Under the pieces are notes generated by a model. The model saw nothing but the letters and a program-made list of their open reading frames with translations, did not search any database and was not told where the DNA came from. A DNA stretch of 64,000 nt from the human T2T-CHM13v2.0 reference genome, Homo sapiens, in assembly GCF_009914755.1 (NCBI RefSeq), contig NC_060945.1; one strand, written 5' to 3'. This document shows positions 1-13,300 of the stretch, piece after piece (within the stretch, counting starts at the first letter, position 1; each line of letters opens with the position of its first letter). The position numbers and the translations under genes were made by a program.

Positions 1-61
1 TCCCTCCCATTGAAGAACCATCCAACCCAAAATGTCAATAGGCCGCTGCTGAGAAACCTTG
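1..61 (+). mobile_element. MER20 (hAT-Charlie) 3' end
   Basis: cccaaaatgtcaataggccgctgctgagaaaccttg resembles the MER20 terminus. Confidence 0.65.
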
Positions 62-2004
62 CCTCTGAGCATGGCACCCATAGACTGTGGGTCCTGCTCT
101 CCCTCTGGCCCATGAGTGACTTATCAGAGAGGTGAGTTTGGGAAGAGAAAGTGACACGCCTCCTTTTCTTCTCCCCTCTAGCCTCCTTGACCTCAGGGGC
201 CATGCCCACTGCTCTGCTCTGCTCCACTCTCCCCATGTTAAGTTGCAGCAAGACCCTGCTTGTGGTTGGGGGAAGGGCTCCAGGGGCCTGGCTTGGTTTG
301 GTTCTGGGGTTTAGGATTAGCAAGGCCATTGCTGCCACCCGTCAGCACCACATTGTCAAGCTCAGACTTTGTCATAAACAGATGATATTTGATCTCCACC
401 TGACCCCTCTCTATATCTTTCTGTTAATTGATTCCAAATATAGGCAGGGAGCTGGGGTGTCTTGGCATCCGTAAACCCCGACATCACTTACTGTTGAATC
501 TTAAACAGATGATGGGCCCTAACTTAATTATACAAATGTCAGTCCTTAATAAATGATAAGCAGAGTAAGCCCTGTGAGGATTAACTTAGATGTGCATTAG
601 ATGCGATGTGGGGTCATCTAGAAATCGGAGTCACCCCAAGAAACGCTAAATGTTGTCAAAAGATGACACTGAGAGTCTCCAATCCAAGGAAATTTTCACC
701 TGAAGCTTTCCACTTTAACAGCATCTACAGAGATCAAGCTACGGGGCTACAAGAGGAGAGCAGGAGGAAGATAAGAAAAGGGGCACGCTGCTTCCTCTTC
801 CCAAACCCATCTCTCAGATAAGTCACTCATGGGCCAGAGGGAGAGAAGGACCCACAGCACATGGGTGCCATGCTTGGATGCAGGGAGCCTTGAAAAATAC
901 TTTTAAAAATATTCAAGAGCCACCTTGAGAAAGGCCTCTTTAAGAGACAAAGGGGCCAGAGCTTAGAGTCAAGCCATGCATACACAAAGGACAGAAAGGT
1001 CTTCCATCCAACCTGTGTAAATCACTGCACTTTCTTCTATCAGGGTGAGCCTCAATCTGCTTCTTCGAATGTAAATCCAATTGTCGGAGAGGTCTACAGA
1101 TAATGTTTACCAAGCAGCCTCTTAGGAAAAATTCAACTGGGACCTCCATCCCACCATTCCAGCCAGAGTTTCAATATGGCTCGTTCACACTTGATTTCCA
1201 CACCCTTCTTTTCAGTTAATACCCTTTTTTCCTTCTAATGTTGTATGAAAATGTAGACTCTGAGGGTTGTTTTCCTGCTTGTTTAATACGTGCAGTCTCT
1301 ACCGTCCCTCAGCTTTGTCAGTCCACCTTCTTGGGTTCTGAATGTTCTCATGTATTTATGTAGACAAACGTGAATGTGCTTTTGGAAGAGAAGAGAGTAG
1401 ACAAAGTAAGAAGAGAATCTTGGATTTTGACTTGTTATTGTCACAAAACAGAAATGCTGGTTGGTTCAATATTTAAACTGGTCAACTATTCACAAATGAA
1501 TTTTTAAAAAATTGCTAAAGCATTGAGAGATAAATTAGCAAAGGAATTCATTACTCTCTGTTCTCTTTGCCTGTACATATATGTTATTTGCATGTATCAC
1601 ACTGAGGGTACTGATCCACGTGTTTTTCTCCTCCAGTTGATTTAAAGTTCCAAATGGGTAAGTACTGCATCCTATTATGCTTGCATTTCTAACACCTAGT
1701 ACGGCACTGATACAAGCTAGATGACTATTTGTGTTTACTGAATTAAATTCCATTCAAAAGATACATGAGCAGGCAAGTAGCAAGGAGGAAATACAACTAG
1801 TTAAGGAACGTATACAATTTACAGCAATTAAGGAACTGTTACAAACTGCCACAGTGTTTAAAACACACTTGCTTTCATCTGAAATGAGTGTGTGCATGTT
1901 TTAGAAAGCAAGTTGGCTATAGGTGTCAAGATCCCAAAAAAAGGCTGCAAACTCTTGCCCAGTATTTCCACTTTTGGGGGCCTATTTTGTAATACAAATA
2001 TTTA

Positions 2005-2230
2005 CCATTTGTGCAGTACCCACCTACATTCCAGACACACTGTGCTAAGAGATTTGAAATGTCATTGCATCCTTTAGCCCTCAAAGAACAACCACCAGCA
2101 CCTTATAGGGTAGAGATTAGTCCTATTTTAAGAAGGAGGACAGATATTAACTAATGTATGAAAGATCACAAAGGCCACATGGCTAGAAAGTGACAGAGTC
2201 ATGATTCAAACCCAAATCTGTTGCATTCTG
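2005..2230 (-). mobile_element. MIR SINE
   Basis: cactgtgctaag...cctattttaagaaggag...agtgacagagtcatgattcaaacccaaatctg is the antisense MIR pattern. Confidence 0.6.
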
Positions 2231-2244
2231 CACTATTTTTTATT

Positions 2245-3213
2245 TACAGCATTTCTGATACCAAATGGGCAGACTTTTTTCTCACACCAACCAATTCTCT
2301 CTGGAAGAGCAAATGCATATCCTACATTTCAGATCAGTTCTGACACTCACTACCCAGAGGTAGTGCAGACTTCCCCACCCCCAGCTTAAGGGCTCCATTC
2401 CCCGAGATTGCCCTCACTTCTGATGCCAGGTGCAAGTAGCTCATCCCCAGGCTACCCACACTTCAGTCCAACTTGAATACAAAGTCAAGGGGAACCTATG
2501 AATCTCCCCTTTCAGTTTTCATAATTTGCTAGAACTGCTCACAAAACTCAGGAAATCACTTTACTTAGTATTATCAGTTTCAAATAAAGGATGTAACTCA
2601 GAAATAGCCAAATGTGAGGAGAGATGCATAGGGCAAGGTATGGGGAAAGGGACACAGAGCCCCTACTCCCTCCCTGGACGCATCACCCTCTCTTCACTCA
2701 AGGATATTTACCCACCCAGGAGCTCTCCTCTGAAGCCCATCATTTAGGGGGCTTTCTGGTGGTTCTATTACATAGGCTTGATTGATGACATCATTGGCCA
2801 TTGGTAACTGAACTCAACTTCCAGCTCCTCTTCTCTCTCCAAAAGTCAGGGGGTAAGCTCATGGGGGCCGTGGGTATATTAGTTTGCTAGGGCTGTAACG
2901 AAATATCACAGGCTGGGCAGCTCAAACAACAGAAATGTATCTTGTCATGGTTCTGGAGGTTAGAAGTTCAAGATCACAGTATCCACAGGGTTGATTTCTT
3001 CTGAGGCTTCCCCAATTGTGACCAACCCTGTCACTGTGACTTGGTCTTTTTGGTGTGCAGCCCCCCATCCTGAAGGTATCTAGGGCCTCCAACCACCTCA
3101 TTAGAACAAAAGAGGCTTCCTTCACACTTGTCATTCAGGACATCTCAAGGGTTTTAGGAGCTCCTGTGTCAAGAACCAGGGACAAAGACCAAATATCTTT
3201 CTATGATGTCACA
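2245..3213 (-). mobile_element. MER21-family LTR, interrupted by an MLT1 fragment
   Basis: ttctgataccaaatg...cacaccaaccaattctc...ttctgacactcactacc...gggttttaggagctcctgtgtcaagaaccagggacaaagaccaaata. Confidence 0.7.
2874..3010 (-). mobile_element. MLT1 (MaLR) LTR 3'-end fragment
   Basis: tattagtttgctagggctgtaac...aaacaacagaaatgtat...ttctggaggttagaagttcaagatc. Confidence 0.7.
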
Positions 3214-3826
3214 GATTGTCAAGCCCAAGCTTCTTTCTTCTATAACATATACTGAAGTTACAATCTTAAATAGCATAGGTTTTTTTTTGCACCAAGTTAT
3301 TCTTTTTAATTTTACTTAAAAACCCTTATAGAATTGAAAATTATATAACTACTCCACAAGAAGAAGATAGTTTATTGTGGAACTTTAGTTTTATGGAATA
3401 TTATGGATCAAAAATTACATTTAAAAAGACCGTGAAACACTATAGAAAATACTTAAGATAAAATGTTAAGCAGAAAGCAAAATTACAGTCACACAGTGAT
3501 TTCAATCAGAAAGCAAGTTGATGCTACGGAACAAATACTGTAAGGAAGATTCTAGAATTATGGGAGTTAGGACAATAGACAATATTTTCCTTTATTCTAA
3601 TTTCTTATTTTTACTAATGGATTGCTTTACTAGTGAATTTCTTGAATTCTGACTCTTGGTTATAAAATAAAAGGCAGGCTTTAATTTCACTGTAAGGCAG
3701 AAATGATACATATTATAGGATCACAAGCGTATATATATAAAAAATAGAGACACACAGCTTTATAAGGAAATACATCAACATTTTACCCAGTTACTGGAGA
3801 GGTTTGCTTTTAAAAACTCAGCAACC

Positions 3827-4117
<291 letters not shown>

Positions 4118-4879
4118 TCAGCAACCTGTCTGGGTTCATGTGTCATGACTATCAGGTGATTATAGGGCTGATGACACTAAGCCACAGGGAGAGGAACACA
4201 ATCTCCGCAGGCAGAAAGAGCATCTCATTCTCTGCTGGCTTTCCAGAGCCTGGCCACATCCAGCATCCAGCTGACCTCAGAAGGGGCTCTTGAGTGGGTT
4301 CTGGGCTCCCAGTCTTCCAGCCCATATCAAGGTGAGGTGCAGCCTTACCTCCTGTCATGCAGAAACCACCTTCTTTTTCTGAAGGCACAGTCAATAAAAT
4401 GATCCTCCCATTCAAGTCTCCCTTTCTGACCACACTTTAGTCTGAGAGGTAGCTCTCATTTCAGGGGAGTGATAGCCTTCAAGGGATGCTGTGGCTCCTA
4501 CTAGTGGGAGGCATATGTTTCATTCATGTGAAATGCATTTCACGACAGTCTTGGCACAGAGAAGGGTCTGCTCTGTTATGTACCCCCTCCCCGTAAGTAG
4601 CAATAGTTGATTGTATTTGCTTGATATTTTACATCAGAAGAACAATTAGTTTCTTGCTTTTGAGAGGTTACCAAATAAGGTTTTAAAAATTTTACCAAGA
4701 AACTAAATTAAATTAAAATGCACAACAGGTTGCAGGTAGACCATGCCAATGCATGAAATTCTAACTCTTGCTCTTTTTCTAAAGCAAACAGTGGGAAAGA
4801 GTTGCATCAGGGACCCAGAGCTGGTTCTGTAACCACTTAATTGTAATCGCATCTTCTTCTGCCCTTCATTAAGGACAAT

Positions 4880-5480
4880 CCTAACTGTTGTAACAAACAA
4901 ACCCCAGAATTTCAGTGGTCCAAGCTAACAGGCATTTACATCTTGCTTAGGAGTCACATGAAGGTCACCCCAGTAGTGTTCATGATTGGTGGGTGCCCTT
5001 CCTCTACACAACAATTCAGGAACCTTGGTTCTTGCCTTTTGGAGACCTCTCATGTCCTCTATCCCAGTGTTTTTCAAAGTGGAGGTCAATTAGAATCACC
5101 TAGAGTGATTGTTCAAAGACAGATTGCGGGGCCCCACCCCAGAGAATCTGATTCAGTAGGTCAGGAATGGGCCCCAGGTTTTGCGCATCTCACAAATCAT
5201 CGAGTGACGTTGATGCTGCCAGTCAGGGGACCACACTTGGAGAAGCAAAGTCCTAGAACCAGATAGCAGAGAATGCAGAGAAACACACTTCCTGCTTCAC
5301 TACCAAGGCTTGGAAGGTGCATCACTTCAACTCGCCATCCCTCAGCAGGGGCGAGTCACACGGACAATCCCCAACAAGGTGAGGGATGGAAACCACAGCC
5401 TGTGTCTGGGCAGCTGCTTCCCAGCTCCAACCCTGCAGGAAGAAGGGGGAGCATGAGTTCTGGTGGGGAGTGCACCATTT
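4880..5480 (-). mobile_element. old MLT1J/K-like LTR split by MER5A
   Basis: ctgttgtaacaaacaaaccccagaatttcagtgg start; degenerate. Confidence 0.45.
5065..5250. mobile_element. MER5A
   Basis: cagtgtttttcaaagt...agaatcacc...gggccccacccc...tctgattcagtagg...ggaccacacttggagaa. Confidence 0.75.
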
Positions 5481-5834
5481 CTGCTAGCGTCCAGTGATGC
5501 TTTTACAGAGCTGGCTGTCCTTCCCATGGATCATCATGTTCCTTTTCTCCAGATTTTAATGTGGTATTATTTGTACTGAGACTAAAGGAGAGGATTATAG
5601 TCTTATCTTGTCACCATTCTTAATTTCAGCCATAGGCAAAGAGGAAAGAACAAGGACAACCAAACCTAGACAGGCGACAAGAGGACAATGGCAGGAGCAC
5701 TGTCTGCAGCAATGCTAGGGGGGAGGTGGGGGCCATGCCCTTGAGGAGTCGGACAGAGAAATCCACCTGCTCAGGGAAGGGGCAGCCCCAGAGAGGCTGG
5801 TCCAGCAAAAGGATGTATTCTTTGACAACAACTT

Positions 5835-6194
5835 TCTTGTTGCTGGGGCTGCCATAACAAAGCACTACAGATGAGTGGCTTAAACAACTGAAATTTAGTT
5901 CTCACAGTCCTAGATGCTAGAAGTCCAGGACCAAGTTGTCTGCAGGATTGGCTCTTCCTGGGGCCTCTCTCTTTCCTGTGTCTTCACAGGGCTATCCCTC
6001 TGTGTGAGTCTTTGTCCTAATCTCCTCTTCTTATAAGGATGCCAGTCAGACTGCATTAGAGCCAAACTTAATGACATTATTTTAACTTCATCACCTCGTT
6101 AAAGACTCTATCTCCAAATCCAGTCACATCCCGAGGTACTGGGGGTTAGGAATTCAACATATAATTTTTTTAAAAGTACAGTTTGGCCCATAAC
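5835..6194 (-). mobile_element. MLT1B-like LTR
   Basis: ggctgccataacaaag...ctcttcttataagga...tctccaaat...gaggtactgggggttagga...cccataac. Confidence 0.85.
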
Positions 6195-6422
6195 CCTGGG
6201 GATAAACTGTAGTTTTAACTTCCCGAAATCAGTTAAAACTTAGAGAATTAGTTTTTTTTTTTTTTTCCCCCAGAAAAGAAATTATCTCCTGATTCTGGCA
6301 GGCAGTTCAGTGTCAGTGGCTTCTTTCACTTTACAGTTTCCAGAAATGATTTTCAATATTCAGTCCATCATCACAAGTGGAAATGTCCATTGGGAAAGGC
6401 CACCTCTAGATGATGCAGGTGT

Positions 6423-6456
<34 letters not shown>

Positions 6457-7929
6457 CAACATTTAAACCAAGAGCTACAGCAAACCCTTGCTAACTCCTC
6501 ACCTGGGAACATGTGACAACACCTGTATGTGGGCAGAGGAAATGCCTGGAGCTGACAACCCTTTAAAGCAACTGCTAGAAAGCGCCTAAGACAGTGCTCT
6601 GTAAATTTTGACACAAATAAAATGTACAACTCCTTTGAGGATAAAAAACTCTAAATTTAATACAGAAGTCTTCTTTGAGATTTGAAATGTGAAGTTTCAA
6701 ATACAGTTAGCTTTGAGCCGTGCCAATCCAAGCATGGCAGGTTTTACTGCAGCCACTTTGCAAAGCTAAGGGGAGATGAGGAGATAGTTTGGCCAGAATA
6801 TTAAAGCCATATATTCAGTCCCTGCCAGACAAACTAACGGCAGCCCAGGTAAAGAGGGCAGAGAATTGTCCACAGCATTTGCTGACCCCATGTGCCTCCT
6901 CCCCCAATATGTTTCCCACACATTAGAGCCATTGGGAATAAAAAGCTCTTCTTTAAAATTCAAAACTTCCATGGAGCATCAAGCCTTATTTACATTTGAG
7001 TGCAAATTACTTTAATCATATAATTTTCAGCATTTGTTGAGTGCTGCTGTGTATTTCAAGAATGTACAATTTCATTTTGGATAAAGTGAATGGAAGGGAA
7101 GTTTAGGATCCATCTGGAAGGAGTCAAGGTCTTTGACCCAAGTAAGGCAGGCTAACAACCATAGGCTTTGAGGTGGTAGAGACACTGGGGCTGAGAGGAG
7201 GACTCAGAAGGACAGGGAGGATGGCAAGTGTGAAGTGACTACTTTGAAATGCCTGGAGGCACTGAGATAAGTGGCACAGTTCTGAAATATATCTGCTGTG
7301 ATTTACAAAGGTTTTAGTGGAAGTAACAGAAGTTGGTAATGATGCTAAGCTCAGAAGATCTCAGATTGGTATTATCCTCCAACTCTAGGTTAGGCAGCTT
7401 ATAGTCTCTCAAACTGATTGACAATATCTTAGCTAGGTAACTACTGTGTGGCATGCAGAAGGACAAAGGCTGTTACACTTACTCAGAATTTAGTGGGGGC
7501 ATAGGAATAAGATGAGAACACCAAGGCCCTCTTATGGAAGATTAACCTGAAGTCAGTGCAGAAAAAGTGACTGGAAATGGAGAAAGAGGATGAACACAAA
7601 ATAGTGAGAGTGGTCTCTGGTTTTCTAAAGCATGAGACTCTGACATGCTGAAAAGATCAAGTCTAGCTTGGGCAATGATTTACTTCCTTGGTTTTCTAGT
7701 TTTTCAGCTAAAAAACTGACACTTAAAAATGTCTACAGTGAAATGCTGTTGGACAGAAGGGATACAATTATATATTTAAAATGGACAAATGGGTGCTTAA
7801 TATCTTTCATATTCACATGTTAATAAAACATGTGAATGCACATGCATGCACTCTTCCAGAATCACTCTACCAACTGTTTTCCACCTATGCACACTAAAGG
7901 AACTTATCTTCTCTGCTGTCTTCCTGAAT

Positions 7930-8290
7930 AGCAGTTCTCAAACCATGGTTCCCCATACCAACAGCATCAGCCTTACCTGAGTGATTACTAGAAATGCAAT
8001 ATCTCAGCCCCCCAAACTCAGAGTGACAGAGTAAGAAAAGTCACCTGTGTGTTTAACAAGTCCACTGGGTAAATTTAATGCATGAAGTCTGAGAACCACT
8101 CTTCCAGACTAGCAGGTTCTAGCTACCTGGCTGCACGGTAGATTCACCTGGATACTTCTTAGAAAAGCAGTAATACTGCAGCCCCATCCAGATGAAATAA
8201 ATCAGAATGTCTGTCAATAGGATCTGGGCTGAGATTTTTATTTTTTAAAATTTCCACCAGGTGATTCGAATGAGCAGCTCAGTATACTGA
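7930..8290. mobile_element. two adjacent MER5 (A/B) elements
   Basis: cagttctcaaac...agaaatgca...tgagaaccact, then ggctgcac...attcacctgg...ccaggtgattc. Confidence 0.6.
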
Positions 8291-8344
8291 CCTGAGTAAC
8301 TCCAGATGAGGTGTTACTTAGTGTTCTTGTATTGACTATTCCTA

Positions 8345-8470
8345 TATGTTCATTCCTTCATTTCCTTAAATGAGAATTTCTACTGTATGCCAAGAACTGC
8401 AGTAGGTGCTGAGAATACAAGATAGATAGAGATCACACATTTCTAGAGTTTTTAGTCTGGTGGGCATCAG
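8345..8470 (-). mobile_element. L2 3' fragment
   Basis: ttcattccttcatt...ctactgtatgccaagaactgcagtaggtgctgagaataca. Confidence 0.55.
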
Positions 8471-8729
8471 AAAAAGCCCACCACGTACAGCCACACAAGT
8501 TGTGCACTGGCCAACTTCAATGGGCACCCTTCGTATCTTTATGTACAACCTAGACAGTCACATGCGACATCTGAGGTTGAAGTCCAAGGTAACCTTGGCA
8601 TTTTAAGATGGAGAATATATAATTCCAAGCAGCTTTAGCCTTTGTCACTGGTACTGCCAAATCCTGAACAGGAGGTCCCAGCAGAACTAAGGACAGTGAA
8701 TTGATTTCTGATTACTTCACTATGCAGCT

Positions 8730-8838
8730 CATTTCCCAATTTCTTTTTCTGGTAGCTCATTATTGGTGTAGCTCATAGACATGCAACTAATTTTTGTATG
8801 TTGATTTTTGTATCCTGCAACTTTAATGAATTTGTTTA
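8730..8838 (-). mobile_element. short L1 ORF2 fragment
   Basis: atgcaactaatttttgtatgttgatttttgtatcctgcaacttta...aatttgttta. Confidence 0.7.
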
Positions 8839-9083
8839 AAGATGGAGAAAGGGGTCAGGAGCCAAGGAATATGAGGAGCACCACTGTAGGGCTGGAGAAG
8901 CCAAGGGAATGGGTTCTCTTCTACAGACTCTGAAAGGACATGGTCCTACTGACACACTGATTTTCATCCAGTGAAAGTGATTTTGTACTTCTGTCCTTCA
9001 GAGTTGCAAGAGAATAAATGTATGTTGTTTTAAGCCACTACGTTTGTGATAATTTGTGACAGCAGCAATATAAAACTGATACA
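8839..9083 (+). mobile_element. MLT1C/D LTR 3' half
   Basis: gagccaaggaat...aagagaataaat...ttttaagccact...gcagcaata...ctgataca. Confidence 0.8.
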
Positions 9084-9149
9084 TATACACAAATAAAGAA
9101 AATCCAGAAAACAGAGTAGAGGTTTGAGAAAGCAGTTAAGGGCAGCTGA

Positions 9150-9460
9150 AATTTAATGATCTCCCTTTAGTGGGCCAGGGTCTGTGCTGGTTACTTTGAA
9201 TGGATTACGTCCTATCCTTACAACAGTTGTTTGAGATTGTCATCATCATCACCAGATTCATTGTTACTGTTATTGCCATCTTCACTGTCATGATCATCAT
9301 TGCCATTATTGTCAATATCATCATCATCCTTTTAATTAACATTTTCATCATTATTTTTATTTTAAAGATGAGGAAATACAATTATCAAAAAAGTTAAGCA
9401 GTATCCCCTAAATTACCCACCTGGCAAGCGGTAGTCAGAGTTTGAATGCCTCTGTCTCAA
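9150..9460 (-). mobile_element. MIR with an internal degenerate (CAT/ATT)n tract
   Basis: MIR-like flanks (ttttaaagatgaggaaa) around catcatcatc/attattgtc repeats at 9240-9355. Confidence 0.55.
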
Positions 9461-10344
9461 AAGTACAATTTCCAAAAGGTACTTTTCACTAAACAAATTT
9501 ATACTTACACTTACTTTACTGAAGAAGACTTCTGCATTGAGATATAACATTCCACTCTAATTGGAGCTCAGAAGACTTTCATTTCATGATCTTTATGGCC
9601 TGAATACAGAGCGGCTGAATCAACCACTTTGAAGAGCTACAGAACAGATTTTATTGACGGCAACTAGCAAAAAGCAGTACATCCCACAAATGAATGCAGC
9701 AGTGCTCCCACAGACATGGTTCATATAGAAATTCACATGGTAAAATACCACTAATAGACTCCCCATTCAATACCATCTTGCCCAAAATAAATTGTTTCTG
9801 CATCATCAACTCCTGGCAACAACTTTGCTATATCTGAGTTGTCATTTCTCACAATAATGGTCTTTTATTCCACTTGGGGCCTGTCACCTGGAACAAATAA
9901 GGTCTTTACAAGGTCCCAGAAAATGAGAAAATGTTCTCCATAAATTATATTTTTCTGAGCTTATTCCCCACTCTGACATAATACAAGAGGTTAACCTGCT
10001 AGAGATGTCGAATTTCACACCCCAAAACATGCAGTGAGGATCTGCTTATACTAGAAGAAAAAAACAATCAAATGTATATTTTAAAAAATTAAAATTTGAG
10101 ATAAAGAAGTACATTTAAAAAAAAATTTTGTGATACAAGAGAGTTATTCTGATACCATGTTTCTGTCTGGTCAACAGTTCTCAGGATCTTTCACAAGTCC
10201 TTGATCTGAGGAATTCTCCCTATCATTTCTCAAAATTTTTCTTTGTTCTCATGATGTAAATAGGTCAAAATTTCTTATAATCAAATCTGCTGACCAATAG
10301 ATCTAAATACAATTCTATAAAAAGTAACAGTAATTATGAAGGAG

Positions 10345-13300
10345 AAACATGAGCAAGATTGCAGAATAGAAGACACCCTGACATTATTTCCTCCACAAAC
10401 ATACAACTGGAAACTATTAAAAGACAAGAATACCACCATGAATTCACCAGAACTTGGGGAGAAGTGGAGAAACCCACTAGGCCATAATAACTAAGAAAAA
10501 TGGTCATTTCAGACTGTGCCACTCTCTTCTCCAGGCTTGTATAATGCCACTCACAGAGAATTGACACAGACTCATGGTTTCTAAGGTGGGAAGATGGAAT
10601 TGGAGGTGGATGTTTGATCCCCCTACCAGTATGGGAATCTTCATGGGAAGCCCACTCAGGTCTCACTGCACAGGAACCCCTGGGAGAGCTAGGAGGGCTG
10701 AACTACCTGGGGTGAACTGGGGACAAAAAGTGGGGGTGCTGATCACTTGGTGCTGGAATCTTGGAGCTCCAATCAGCAGGGATGCAGATGTCATACTGAG
10801 GAGACCGGCCAGCACTATAGTGCTGCAGGAAGCATGATCGGCAGGAAGGTCTGAATCTCTGGCCAGACTTCCCACAAAGCTCAGGTGCTCATGTGGAGTC
10901 TTCCCCTGACCTGGAAACAACTGAGTTTGGAAATTAAGTTCCTTTGGAAATTAAGTTCCAGTACGTATTTAAGTCTTTCCCAGACCAGGAAACAATAGTA
11001 GAGTAGCAATTTAGTTCTAGTCCAGTGTTTAAGTTCCAGTGCTCACTATAAGTGTTCCCTAGACTGGGAAACAATGGCAGGGCAGTGATTAAGTCCCAAT
11101 ATCAAGTAGTAGAGGTCCAACACTAATAACACCAGCAGAAGCTGGAAGAGTGGCTTTCTCTTCAAATATGCAGGCATCATCATAAAACACGCAAAAATTG
11201 TTTAAAAAAAACAAAACAACAACAAAAGCAATCTCAGGGAAATATGATGCCACCAAAAGAAACAAACAAAACTCCAATAATGGACCCAGAAGAATTAAAT
11301 ATCTATCAAATGTCTGAGAAAGAATTCAGAATAATCCTCTTTAATTTCAGGGAGTCACAAGAAAATGTGGATGGAAAATGCAGTGAAATTTTGAAAGAAT
11401 TTGAGAAATTTAGCAAGTAAATAGAAACACTTTTTAAAAATCCAAATAGAAATCCTAAGAATAAAGAATACAATAACTGAACTTATTGAAATTTATGAAA
11501 AGCTTATTCGAAATCTTCAATAGCAGACTTAAAGAACCCACAACCTCAAAGACAGAACATATAAAATTACCCAATCAGAGGAGAAAAATCTTTAAAAAAA
11601 GATTGAAGAAGGCCTATGAGAATTATGAGATACTATCAGGCAAACTAACCTCTATATAATAGTAGTTCCCCAGGAGATAAAAGAGAAAAAGTTCTAGAAA
11701 GCATGTTTAAGGAAATAATCGCTAAGATATTCCTAAATCTGGAGAAAAAGGACAGTATCCAAGTATAAAAAGCTCAGAGATCACCAATCAAATTCAACCC
11801 AAAGAGAAATTAACCAAGGCACAGCATCAAATTATCAAAAAGCAAAGATAAAGAAGAAATACTCAAAGCAGCAAGAGAAAGAAAACATATCACATTCACC
11901 TGAGCCCCAGTGCAAGTTTCAGCAGATTTCTCAACAGATACACTGCAGGCCAGAAGAGACTGGGATGATATATTCAAAGTGCTGAAGGGAAAGAACCTTG
12001 TAGCCAAGAATAGTTCACATGGAAAATGTATCCTTCAAACACAATGGAGAGATAAAGACTTTCCCAGACAAGGAAAAGCTGAGGAAATTCATCAACATCA
12101 GATCTGTCTTACAAGAAATGCTGACAAGAGTTCTTCATCTGAAAGAAAAGGGTGCTAATTTGTAACAAGAAAAGATCTAACGGTATAAAATTCACTGGTA
12201 AAAGTAAGAATACAGACAAATTTAGAATACTATAATATTGTAATTGTGGAACGTAAACCACTTGGATCTTAAGTATGAAGACTAAAGAAACAATTATTAA
12301 AGATAGTAATTACAACAATTAGTTAAGAGTTAATATAAAAAGATGTAAATTGAAACATCAAAAATAAAAATGAACGTGTGTGGGATGGTGTTAAATGTAG
12401 TTTGTTTTTCTTGCTTTAATTTGCAGTCAAAGTTAAGTTGTTAATCAGTTTAAGATAACTTGTTTTAACTATAACATGATTTTAAGCATCATGGTATTTA
12501 CAAAGCAAAAATTTATAATAGATACACTAAAAATAATGAGCATGAAATCAAAACATACTACTAGAAAAAAAAAATCTCTCAAGGAAAACAATAAGAGATG
12601 AAACAAGGTAGAAAGGATCTATAAAACAACCAGAAAACAAGTAACAAAATGGTAGTAGTAAAGCCCCACCTAACAATAATAACCTTAAATGCAAATGAAT
12701 TAAAATCTCCAATTAAGAGACATAGAGTGACTGAATGGATTTTTAAAAATGCCCAATTATATGCTGTCTACAAGAGATCTTTCACCTATAAAAACATGCA
12801 CAGACTAAAGAGATGGAAAAAAGATATTCCAAACAAATTGAAGCAAAAAAAAAAAAAGCAGGAATAACAATATTTATATCAGATAAAATAGACTTTAGGT
12901 CAAGAATGGTAAAAAATAAACAAAAAGACCATGATATAATGACAAAGGGATCAATATAGAAAGAGAACATTACAATTGTAAATATGTATGCACCCAAAAC
13001 TGGGACTCTCAATATTTGAGACCCTCAAATATGTAAGGAAAACATTAATAGATCTGAAAGGTCTGTAGATTGACTATAATACAATAAGAGTAGGGAACTT
13101 TAATACCCCTACTTTCAGCAATGGAAAGGTTATCCAGACAGAAAACCAACAAAGAGACGTTGGATTTAAACAGCCTTCTAGATCAAATGAATCCAACAGA
13201 CATTTACAGAACTTTCCACCCAATAGATTCAGAATACACATTTTTCTCAACAAGACATGATATTTTCTCCAGGATAGATTATGAAAGTCACAAAACAAGT

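Noticed and set aside
4528-4543. 16-bp palindrome gtgaaatgcatttcac
   Set aside because: About one is expected by chance in 64 kb.
7811-7837. 11-bp stem attcacatgtt/aacatgtgaat
   Set aside because: Borderline chance expectation in AT-rich DNA and no other support.
9200-9397. Hydrophobic Ile-rich ORF that looks like a membrane peptide
   Set aside because: It is the translation of a (CAT/ATT)n simple repeat inside a MIR.
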